Shown here: positions 11,874 through 22,269 of the stretch, piece after piece | Position numbering within the stretch: the stretch's first letter is position 1 | Layout of the letters: each line of letters begins with the position of its first letter | Assembly: GCA_973895155.1 (NCBI GenBank) | Contig: OZ316891.1 | Coordinates: 18,324,766-18,347,886 of the forward strand | Source of the DNA: Marsupella aquatica | Lineage: Eukaryota; Plantae; Marchantiophyta | Direction of reading: 5' to 3' | Length of the DNA: 23,121 nucleotides | Position numbers and translations under genes: made by a program | The notes under the pieces: generated by a model | The model's input: only the letters and a program-made list of their open reading frames with translations | Told to the model about the DNA's origin: nothing | Database searches by the model: none

Positions 11874-12690
11874 GGGGGCATTGTGCCTGATGCTAGCTTG
11901 CAAAGTAGATACTAGGAAATTGGAGAATTCACTTTTTGTGATTTAGTTAAATATCAATGTTATACCCGAGTACAATTACATTCCAAGATTTGGGTCTCTT
12001 TCTAATTATGTCACTCTGAGATTTTTATTATCACACGGAATTTGAAATCAAACTTTGAAGAACGTTTCAGTTAATTAACTACACTCCCACTAGGCAATTG
12101 TTCATAGAGTAAAAATTGCACTTATAGGGCAGGTATGGACAAATTAGGGTGAGAGTCACCAGAATATTCACTGAAAGGGGACCCTATGGTACTGTAGATC
12201 TATGTATAAATGTGCAATTTTACAATTGTAGTGTCAAACTTGTCTGATGCTTCTTCACACTTCACAGGAGTGGGCACTTGAGTAGAGTACCAGGCCCGTG
12301 ACCAATGAGAGTTTGGTCACAACAGAGTGAACTCAAAAGAGCAAGAATTAAATATAGTTTACTTACGTCCTCAATGGGAGTAAGTGTCTTAACTGGTACC
12401 AAGTCCCCGATGGGAGTGTCTTGTTGGTAACATAGTTCAGCCAAAACACCGTAAATGAGTACAATGCAACAATCCCACTAAAGACAATCTATTTAAATAC
12501 AAGATGTTGTACGTGGTTAATCCCCACCATTCTCCCAAGAAAAAGCAAGACAATTTAAACACAACAAATAGTCTCAAAAAGACAAACAAAGCTCAAAACC
12601 AACAAAAGAATGAAACAAACACAAAAGACAAGTCATTAAATGTTCCCCTGGTCTCTTTCATAATCTTGCATGAATAAGAATACTATACAC

Positions 12691-12962
12691 TGCCAGCTGA
12701 TTTTTTAAGGTTTTTTAATTTTTAGCCAGTGTGGGCAAGGTCTCCTCCTCTAAGGGAGGAGATGCTAGGAATATGTTTTGTCAGTTTTTTAGTGTCAAAT
12801 ATCCCTAGATTTATGGATGATGTTAGATTCTGACAAATGGGGTCCATGATTAGGTGGAAAAGTGACTAATGGTACACAAAAATGTAATGATAGCCAAAAG
12901 TGGCAAACACTTTTTTGGGAGGTGGGATTTCGCTAAAATTTGCACCTAAAAAAACAAGGGTG
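12691..12962. mobile_element. Non-autonomous hAT-like MITE, copy B (~270 bp)
   Basis: Ends CAGCTGATTTTTTAAGG ... CCTAAAAAAACAAGGGTG, with a perfect 8-bp flanking direct repeat CTATACAC (12683-12690 and 12963-12970). Shares blocks with copy A (TTTTTTAAGGTTTTT, TCCCTAGAT, AATGGGG, TGGCAAAC..TTTTTG). Internal hairpin TCTCCTCC-6nt-GGAGGAGA. Confidence 0.72.
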
Positions 12963-13020
12963 CTATACACAATAGTTGGATTTTGTTTTGGCCTCTTTAA
13001 AACAAGTGAAACCATATATA

Positions 13021-13138
13021 AGTCAGTATTGAAGTACTTATTATCTTGGACAAAGTATTTTGGGGGACTTTAAAGAATTTTTTGGGAGTCCAGTATTGCA
13101 GTCCTTATTATCTTTGACAAAGTACTTTCGGGGACTTT
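13021..13138. repeat. Near-tandem duplication of ~51 bp
   Basis: CAGTATTG.AGT.CTTATTATCTT.GACAAAGTA.TTT.GGGGACTTT at 13021-13071 and 13087-13138. Confidence 0.85.
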
Positions 13139-13310
13139 CTTGGGCCCCATCACAAAGCTGAACATAGTTCAGCCAAAAAGGCCATCAAGTTCCTCGCAGT
13201 CAGTCATGTATTAATCGTAATCTCACGGCTCCTCAAACTTTTCTTTTCTTATCCAACAAATTTTCGGCCTGAGCTTGACTACAAACCATAATGTGTATCG
13301 TGATTTCGTC

Positions 13311-13414
13311 TTAAAGAGCCACTAGCCATGACAAAACCTTGATGTACAAACCAAAACGTGTGTCCTGGTTTGGTTTTAAAGAGCCACTAGCCATAGCCAT
13401 GACAAAAACCTGAT
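13311..13414. repeat. Near-tandem duplication of ~33 bp
   Basis: TTAAAGAGCCACTAGCCAT...GACAAAA(A)CCT at 13311 and 13376. Confidence 0.8.
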
Positions 13415-13654
13415 TTCTCCATTTTTTACTGAAATTGTGGAGCAAAGCCTACGGTACAGGAGAGAGAATGTGAAAAAGGGAGAACACGGACACTTCTCCT
13501 TGTGATTTAAGCTCACAATCATAATTTGTATTCGTACAGTCCGGACACGGAAGTTCATCAGGCAGACAGTAGTTTCTGAAGTCAGTTCAGTATGAAACAT
13601 GTGGTTTCAAAATGTAAGCAGCGGGGTTAGAGGAGTGAGTCCTTCAAACTCACT

Positions 13655-14018
13655 GAGGACGAATTGGTGGTTCTGGACTTCGACTTGGTTGAGTGTTGCT
13701 TCCATCCCTGTCTGGATGGCCACGAACATCTGTTCCAAAGTTGATTGGATCGGCGCCATCAACATACCCTTTCTCATCGGAGCGACAGAGAATACCAACT
13801 CCTGCGACATCAAGAAACTTCACAACGTGGTTGGTCGTGGATTCATCTTCAACTTTTTATTCTGTGTCTGGTACCGACGGGCCTTGTGGGGGAGCTGTAA
13901 TAATTTATGGTCGCATTCGTGGGAGTTTGGGGAATTAAAATGCGTGCATGACCTGGAGCGGAACAACTCTCGCAATGTGCCCACGCAACCAGGACTTGGG
14001 CAGGCGAATCCCAGTTAG
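13655..14018 (+). pseudogene. Decayed fragment of an OPT paralog, homologous to the last exon of the neighbouring OPT gene
   Basis: NWWF...ASIPVWMATNICSKVDWIGAINIPFLIGAT matches [49 protein letters not shown] (shifted frame, ORF 13693) matches [15 protein letters not shown] and TQPGLG are retained, including the exact DNA word CCAGGACTTGGG. It carries frameshifts and has lost most of the [17 protein letters not shown] helix. Confidence 0.88.
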
Positions 14019-14424
14019 TTACCGACGATGGTCTGTCATCTTCACTTAAATTGCACCAGCGGGTTGCCTTCCTCTTTGCCTGTCTTCCGAAGTTTGGTTT
14101 GTTCAACCTCACAAGTAATCGCTGGATGACCAGATGAATATGAAGTTCAGTCTGGTCATACACACTCTTGGCCTGGAGTGGAGCAGTAGTCTCGGATGTA
14201 CAATGTGAGACTGCGCACAGTTCTCCGATTGACTAAAGCAAGGGTAAGGAAAATTAATCGACCTCAAACCTATTATAACTACAAATCAACAAGATGCCTG
14301 TATAGAAGCTGTTAGGACTGCTTGATCAGAACGGGGCACTGGCATGAGGATGGAGCGCACCTCCTCGATACACAGAAGGTAGAGAAGAAGATGAAAACAC
14401 TGTTAGATCGATGTAACTATGGAA

Positions 14425-14490
14425 TCAGTCTTTCTGGAGCTCTGGTTTTCTCAAATTCAGTCTTTGTGGAGCTCTGATCTTCTCAAATTC
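14425..14490. repeat. Tandem duplication, 32-bp unit x2
   Basis: TCAGTCTTT(C/G)TGGAGCTCTG....TCTCAAAT twice, head to tail. Confidence 0.85.
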
Positions 14491-15109
14491 TGTTGGTTCC
14501 GTCATCTCTCAGATCCTTTAGATCGATAGCCATGGCTTATCATTAATTTCCACGGGACTTATACTTAGCATGCCTCACATGAACTTGAAATATATAACGT
14601 CGAGGACTCACGTAAGAAGCTAGGAGCCCCGCTAGGAGCTCGATAGCTAATGTCTAAGATGGAGTTCTGCACACTTATTTGAGCTAAGCATGTGTCACAA
14701 TTTGCCTGGCAGCCCTGTCCAAATCCTTCGATGCCTAAAGTTTCGGTGTCAAGATATATATGCATGGGAGACTACCATTCTTTGGATAAGTATCCCAATC
14801 GGCTGGACGGCGTTCTCATTTGGTTAAATTGGAATTCCAGGTTTTCGGAAGTGTCAAAACTGTTGTGTACAGTAGCTTCCGTAATCTTGAAAGCCCGGTT
14901 CAGTCAAACCATCTGTCAAATTCTATTTGAATCTTGCATTGACTCCGGGATTCCATTTTTTATTATCTACATAGTACGCTGTCTAAAACTTTCTGCCGGC
15001 GACAAATTAAGAGCCTACAGTGGTCGCTTAATAGTGTAAACGATAACGCTCATAACTATTTCCGAAACAGAACCAAATACGTCTTCAATTTTTCCTTCAA
15101 ACGCCAAAG

Positions 15110-15290
15110 CTGATCCATCCAAACAGAGGATAGACGATAACTCCAGAGCATGCACCTCTGTAGGGTAGCCCGCATTCAAGGGGGATTATACCCAGGACCA
15201 GGAGGGAACGGAGGTTGCACCAGAGCCCAAAGCGGACCAGCCAGGGCCGAAAAGAAACCAGTACTCCCACCACTACACCCCCCACACACA
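15110..15290 (+). repeat. Dispersed repeat family R1, copy 3
   Basis: Colinear with 9399-9557 (same shared words), with an extra internal segment. Confidence 0.75.
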
Positions 15291-16308
15291 CATTCACCTG
15301 GGAACTCTTGGTTCTAGTCTCATCCCCTGCCAACTGACTGTGGCAGTTGGTTATTAGTGGAGGTGTATTGACACTGCATCAAAATTACAAACACAAAAAA
15401 GAAATTACGACGAAGACCGGCTAGAAGAGACACTAGTAAACACCTGACGTAATAAGATATCCACAGCTCTGACGACGATAATAGCTATCAAGGTAGGCAC
15501 ATAAATACAATGTACATGTAGTTTAATGTTAAATTATTGTCATCAAGCTTTTGTACCCTGATGTCGACCGAACTCACTCCTCCGATCCGCTCCTGTAGTG
15601 TCAGTCGAGGTTGTCTGTTCTCGTTCGATCACATCAGTTAAGGAAAAAGGTCTGGTCAGCGCTTACATCACTTTTTCCACCAAAGAACCTCGAAAAAGGA
15701 GAATTTTTTCTTTTGCCACATTCTAACAGGGAATTCACATCTGTGCGGTGTTCTCCTCGCGGTGGCAGACTAGCCATGTCGTTGTAGCCTGCCGCACACG
15801 GAATCTTTTGGGGAAGACAGGCAGGCTAATTTTTCTTCCCAGTTGACAACAAGTGGGCCCCAACTCGCCAAGCCAAGTGAACAGATACGCATTCATTCGG
15901 TCTAGTACACTACTTATTAATGCGCGATCTCCAGAAGCCCTGTGGCCTGTGAGCTACGGTGCTCTGCGCCAGGCTTCAGAAACGACCGTGTCCTTCGCTA
16001 TGATTGTCCTGCCAGTCGGAACTGCTCCAACTTGAAATTTATTTCTGTCCGAAACCGAATGCGGGCTAGCAGGCGCAAGCTACTTTTTTTCCCCAAGCCC
16101 AACCCGGCCAAGCACGAAAAGCACCGACCAGAGCGAGATAGAGCAACGACGTCGATGGAGTTGTGAATAACTAGAATCGAGGAGGGTTCTACATGTCTGT
16201 ACCTCGACGGATTGCAATTGATACAACACCAAGCTAGCGATCTCGAAACAGCCGACTGATCACGTACCCACCAGATCCTCGGCATTTCCCCCCGGGGGGT
16301 CGTCAGAC

Positions 16309-16839
16309 ATGACCGCAGACGAGAAGGAGTCTCCTGGTGAGTGAGTTCCAATGTGTGCATCCATGCAATGTCTTGAATTACTGCCATTGATGTCTATCTG
16401 TTTGTATGTTTCGGTTTTGAGCAGAGGCTTGTGAATAGAGATCTGCTTGGCATTGAACCACAACTTTTACGGGTTGAAAAAGCTCGTGTCTAGTCTTTTA
16501 GTGAATGTCACCTATCTATGGTTTCTGTCAATAAATAGTTCCCCATGAAAGAATAACGTCTGCGAAGCGAGTATCCTCGTCAGTCAATCAGTCGTCCCAT
16601 ACACCGGACCACCCGGAGTAGAGAGCGGGAACTGCGCTGATATTGTGCAGCGTCTTGAGGAGCCTTCTTGCCAGAGTCGTACCAGAACGAGTGTTCATTT
16701 AGCAGCGTGCTTCGTAGTATCTTGCCAGCTTTCGAGCCTCTGAATGGACGGGACCACCGAGAAACGTCGCTCGTTTCTGCAGCGCTTGTCATGGCCTCCG
16801 AACCACAGACTTCTCGTTCCCGATGGACGGATGAGGAGA
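16309..16839 (+). CDS. Two short N-terminal coding exons of the OPT gene (28 nt and 57 nt)
   Basis: ATG 16309 ... CCTG|GTGAGT (donor 16337, phase 1); TTTCTGCAG|CG (acceptor ends 16782); GAGA|GTAAGT (donor 16840, phase 1); AAATCAG|GT (acceptor ends 17298). The spliced product reads [36 protein letters not shown]... without a frame break. Confidence 0.65.
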
Positions 16840-19800
16840 GTAAGTACTTGTTCGGCATTACCTGTCCGTCCTGCAGCTTCTGCCGTGGCCGTCCAGCCAT
16901 GAACCCCCTTGAAGGACAGGGCGAGGAGTGGATACCGGTGACTACGAATGGACAGCAGGAGATAGAAAACGCCGAAGTAATGAATAGCTGACGACATGAG
17001 CGATTAGATCAACAAGCTGACGATGGGAAAGTGATTGTTAAGGCGTACTGCCGGAACTTTGAGTGTTTTTCAGCGGATATTTGTTTTGTGCGTGGTGGTC
17101 TCCAGTCGTGCAGAAAGTAATTGACATGTTGGGCGTTTCACTAGAGGTTCCCCAATGGTTGTCCACCCATCTGATCGGAAGCTCTAGGTTATACTTTGAC
17201 GGCTTCTCAGAGATGACTAACATGCCAGGGCTTACTGCGGATAAGGAGGTCTAATAACTCTGTCTTGGCAAAATGTCGGTTTGTGGTCGTTAAATCAGGT
17301 GCCGATGAATTGCCAGAGTATGCGACAGGCATCCCGAACAAATCGATATTCGAGATAGAACCTACCAACGAGAATCTCTCGCCCATCGAGCAGGTCAACC
17401 TGACGGTGCCCATCACCGATGACCCAACCATACCAGTATGGACCTTTCGAATGTGGTTCCTTGGCATCCTCATCTGCGCCGTATTGTCCTTCCTCAATCA
17501 GTTTTTCTACTACAGAATAGAGCCGCTCACCATCAGCGCGCTGGTAGGACAAATCGCTGCGATGCCTCTGGGACAATTTATGGCCGCCACTCTACCCACT
17601 AAGGTGTTTTTCGGGGGCTCCAGGTTCGCGTTCACGCTCAATCCGGGCCCTTTCAACATAAAAGAGCATGTGCTGATCACAATCTTCGCAAATTCGGGAG
17701 CCGGTACTGTGTACGCGACTGGCATAGTCGACATTGTGAAAGCCTTATACCACAGAAATATTTCTTTTGTCGCTGGACTGGTTCTCTGCATTACAACTCA
17801 GGTACCCAAAAAACAAGACCCGGAGAGGATTTGGATGAGTAAAGCACGCATGCTTGGGCTGACTCTCGTTTGAAACTGTTTTAAAAATCTCAAGGCTTGT
17901 TCGCTGTCGCTGAGTAGCTGGTGGGCAGAGTTGCATCTCCCAACATGCCATTGGAGTGGAGGAGATTTATCCTTGAACTGTATTGTTGGTAGCTATTCTG
18001 ATCCAGTCGAGTGAAACCTATTGTTCTGTGTGCTCGGCAGATGCTGGGCTATGGATGGGCAGGCCTCATGCGCGACTTTCTCATCAAGCCGGGAGTCATG
18101 TGGTGGCCCTCAACTCTTGTTCAGGTGTCTTTATTCAGGTGATTACCAATTTCTGGACAAGGAAGTCTTTGTGTTCAAACAAACATTTCACAAAGTATCG
18201 CCACGGACTCTAGATCTTCACAACACATCCAATCACGATTACATCCTGGCTTCTTTGACTCTACTTTCGTGTGGATGTAAAAGTCGTTCTTACGAATTTA
18301 ACAGATGTAGTAGTACTCCAGAGAAACTCCTACCTGACCTGACTTAATAGAACTCCATTCATTGCTGAGTCTCATTCTCACTTTGAGTGATAACTGCCCA
18401 TTTCTTGTCAAGCCTGCTTTCACAACCAATGTGAACTCATCGGTTGTTGTTGTGAGTCATCTTCACCCAATTGAGCAGAGTGCAAGTATTACATGTGACT
18501 CGAGCGCGTCCCCTCACACGTCGGCCTCCATTTTATCGTCTTCACTAGAGAGGTCGCACTATGTTGAAACAACTTCACTTTCATCGTATGTTTCGTTGAT
18601 CAAGCTGTAAACTATTGCTCGTTTTGCAGGACGCTCCATGAGCCAGATGTGAGACCCAAGGGCGGAATCAGTCGCTTTCAGTTCTTCATTATAGCGATTA
18701 TGTGCAGTTTCGCTGCATACGTTCTTCCAGGATTCCTCTTCCCGATGCTGACGTCCATGTCGTGGGTCTGCTGGGCATGGCCGAATTCCATTCTAGCTCA
18801 CCAACTGGGCTCTGGATTGCATGGTCTGGGCATTGGAGCTTTTAGCTTGGACTGGTCTGCCGTAAATGCATACTTGTTAAGTCCGCTAGCCACACCCTGG
18901 TTCGCCATAGCTAACCTTGCCGTTGGGTTCTTCCTCGTCCTGTACGTCCTCACCCCGATCGCCTACTGGAGCAACATCTACCACGCCAAGACTTTCCCGA
19001 TTTTTTCGAGTCATCTGTTCACAGGCCAGGGGGAGCGATACAATATTACTGCAATCATTAATAGTGAGACCTTCTCGCTGGATATTAACAAGTATAACAA
19101 CTACGGAAGAATGCATCTCAGCGCTTTCTTCGCAATGACGTACGGTGTCGGATTCGCTACGCTGAGCGCCACAGTATCCCACGTCGCTATCTTCTATGGA
19201 AAGTCAGTACTTCGGCTTCTAAGCCTATCCTTTTTCTCGAGTGCAGTATCAGTAACACCATCATGCATGCTGAAGGAAACATCTTTGCCAGCATTAGGTG
19301 TCTCCGTTTGTTGACGAGGCACAAGTAGGTTTAGTCTTTCGATGTTTTACGACTCGGTTTCCTTTGAGAATTTTTCGATTGGCTTCCTAGGAGTGTTGAA
19401 GCCGACAGTCCACGTTGATCAAGTAAATGCTTTTAGTCATTCGATGAGATAGAGTCTGAGATTGTGTATACGGACGTCTATCTTTCACAAACTGATCGAA
19501 TTGTACTAAATTGCAAGGATTTGTAACGTATGACAGAGACATTTGGAGAACATTCACCAGAGCTCTAACGGGCACCAGGGACGATGTGCATACCCGGCTT
19601 ATGAAGGTTTACCCTGAAGTTCCGCAGTGGTGGTTTTATGCAATTTTGGTGTCGATGATTGCTCTGTCCATAGGAGCTGTTGAGGGATTCAAATCCCAGC
19701 TCCAGCTGCCATGGTGGGGAGTGCTCTTTGCCTGTGCCCTGGCTGCCTTTTTTACTCTTCCCATTGGAGTCATTGCAGCCACCACCAATCAGGTTTTGGC

Positions 19801-21302
19801 TCTTCTCCTTTCTTTCTTTCGTTCTTTCGTTATTTCGTTGTTGCACATGTTGGCGTTGCTCGCATAGTATGATATTTTCCCGACATTTTCACAAATGGAA
19901 TTTACAACTGGATTTGTACAGTGCATAGAGAGAGTTCTCCAACTTGCTAGTTTAAGTGACATAGAATGCACTAGGTTTTTAAGTGTACTTTCTGTCCACG
20001 AAGGGAACTACTAGAGCCTAATGGATATCACTGGTGAGTAGAGATCAAGAGACTGTCAAGCTGATTGGAACCAAATTTGTGGAGCCTGAGATCTCAAGGT
20101 TTTCTTTAGACTTATGCAGATTAAGTCAGCCCGTCTTTAGTGGGTTTTCGTGTCAAGTAACGCCTGACCGTAGTTTTATTTTGATAAAACAGAAGTGTCA
20201 ACTAGAAGTTAAATCTTTTCCCGTTCAAAAGCTTGCTAAACTAGTGCTTTCTGCACCTCATACGGCATTCAATACTTACTAGAAGGTTTGCATCAAACGG
20301 CGTTTTAATTCAGGTGTTCAGCATGCTCATATACATTTCCTTCCCCATGATCCTCTTTCCAGGTTCCAGGTCTCAACATCATCACCGAATATGTCATGGG
20401 ATACGTTTACCCTGGAAGGCCTGTGGCTAACGTGTGCTTCAAGACCTACGGCTACATCAGCATGACTCAAGCTATAACTTTCCTCTCAGACTTCAAGCTG
20501 GGCCACTACATGAAAATTCCACCAATGGCTATGTTTGCGGCTCAGGTACATTCTAGCTTGTAACTTAGCTCAACGTTCTGTATAAATGGATTTATGTATG
20601 CAGCGCTTACGCATCAGGTTGTCAGGTTTCTAGGACTGGATTTTGAACGTGTGCAATACTCCATTGATGCAGGTTGTTGGCACAGCTGAAGCAGCAGTAG
20701 TGTATCTAGGAACAGCATGGTGGCTGCTGACCACTGTTAAAGACATTTGCAACCAAGACAAGCTTCCCGCAAACAGCCCCTGGACTTGCCCCTCTGACCA
20801 GGTTTTTTTCGATGCGTCGGTGATCTGGGGTCTTGTGGGCCCCAAAAGGATTTTCGGCAGCGAGGGAGTTTACAAACAGATCAACTGGTGGTTTGGCGTG
20901 GGGGCTCTTGCTCCCGTCCCTGTCTGGGCAGCAACGAAGATATGGCCCAACGTTGGTTGGATTCGCTCCATAAACATGCCCGTTCTTATCGGAGCTACAG
21001 CAATAATGCCTCCTGCTACGGCCGTAAACTTCACGATGTGGATCTTGATCGGATTTATCTTCAACTACGTCATATACCATCGCAGAAAGGCGTGGTGGTC
21101 GAGGTACAACTATGTGCTGTCTGCATCGTTAGATGCTGGCGTGGCTTTTATGGGCGTCTTACTCTATTTCGCACTGGGGCTCGAGAGCCAGACTATTACC
21201 TGGTGGGGATCAAATCTCGACAATTGCCCCCTAGCCACATGCGCCACACAGCCAGGACTTGGGGTGCTCCAAACAACAGCTCCAGCTTGCCCAGTCACTT
21301 GA
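16309..21302 (+). CDS. OPT: Oligopeptide transporter, OPT family (peptide-transport branch, closer to AtOPT4/6/7 type than to OPT3 or YSL), about 775 aa
   Basis: Exons 16309-16336, 16783-16839, 17299-17801, 18041-18138, 18630-19202, 19537-19792, 20363-20545, 20673-21302; total 2328 nt in frame, all introns GT-AG. Family signatures: [20 protein letters not shown] motif [78 protein letters not shown]-terminal CPLATC...CPV. Exons 3-8 are very secure; exons 1-2 are less so (alternative start ATG at 16791). Confidence 0.93.
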
Positions 21303-21818
21303 TCGACAAAGATTTCACGCTGTCTTTCAAGGTCCAAATTTCATGAAATACTTGCTTGCACGAGGTCCGCTCCCTTTACTCTCCTTGTCTACTATCTTCA
21401 CACTTACGGCTTGGATGCACATGGTTGAGCCAACCAAAGAACTTACGAAGAATATGTAGCTTGAGGGACCACTCTTGGTGATTATGGTCCCGACTCCACA
21501 AGTTAGAGTGAACAACAGTCTCGAAACAAGCATTGTTAAATATTCTCTTCTATCCAACATGGAAGGCTGTACTCTCCTGAAGCATCCAGCAATATAGTCC
21601 ATGAACTGGAAATGAAGGAGATAGAATATGTACCCAAAGTTTCCAGGATATGTCAGAGCAGAGTCATCTAGTTCTCAAGTTGGCCAAAGTGGATATGTCA
21701 GCAAATTAGTCACTTGAATCGGGTAGTCATCTTTCCCATAGGATCCAGTAGCTACGTACATTGTAAGCTTTTTGTCTCGTCCCTATCGCAGAATTACCTG
21801 CCCTGTCCGATGTATAAC

Positions 21819-22269
21819 TAGATTCTACAACCGAACATCTTGTCCTCAAATTCAAAGAGCTCTCCTTACATTTTCAGATGAGAGCAAGAAGCCGAGAAGT
21901 CGATCATGCATAGCTAGATTCTACAGTCGAACATCTTGAATCAAGATTCAAAGAGCTCTCCTTACATTTTCAGATGAGAGCAAGAAGCCGAGAAGTCGAT
22001 CATGCATAGCTAGATTCTACAGTCGAACATCTTGAATCAAGATTCAAAGAGCTCTCCTTACATTTTCAGATGAGAGCAAGAAGCCGAGAAGTCGATCATG
22101 CATAGCTAGATTCTACAGTCGAACAGCTTGGATCAAGATTGAAAGAGCTCTCCTTACATTTTCAGATGAGAGCAAGAAGCCGAGAAGTCGATCATGCATA
22201 GCTAGATTTTACAGTCAAGCATCTTCAATCAAGAGTCAAAGACCTCTCCTTACATTTCCAGATGAGAGC
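21819..22269. repeat. Tandem array, 96-bp unit, about 4.7 copies
   Basis: TAGATT(C/T)TAC recurs at 21819, 21915, 22011, 22107 and 22203. Copies 2 and 3 are identical, copy 4 has 3 substitutions, and copies 1 and 5 are more diverged. Confidence 0.97.

Noticed and set aside
15329-15360. Helitron 3' end (hairpin CCAACTG...CAGTTGG)
   Set aside because: Followed by TTATTAG rather than a properly placed CTRR, and no 5' TC terminus was identified.
16288-16299. Palindrome CCCCCCGGGGGG just before the OPT ATG as a regulatory hairpin
   Set aside because: Low-complexity, loopless palindrome; not enough support on its own.
16668-16991. 107-aa ORF with CPSCSFC as a small zinc-binding protein
   Set aside because: Only 16783-16839 fits as an exon; the Cys cluster lies after a perfect GTAAGT donor, inside intron 2.
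17207-21346. Many overlapping alternative-frame and antisense ORFs across the OPT gene
   Set aside because: Explained as shadows of the OPT exons; no independent motifs or splice structure.
21819-22269. CRISPR-like array (constant part plus variable part)
   Set aside because: The variable segments are homologous to each other (copies 2 and 3 are identical) rather than unique spacers; there are no cas genes and the context is eukaryotic.
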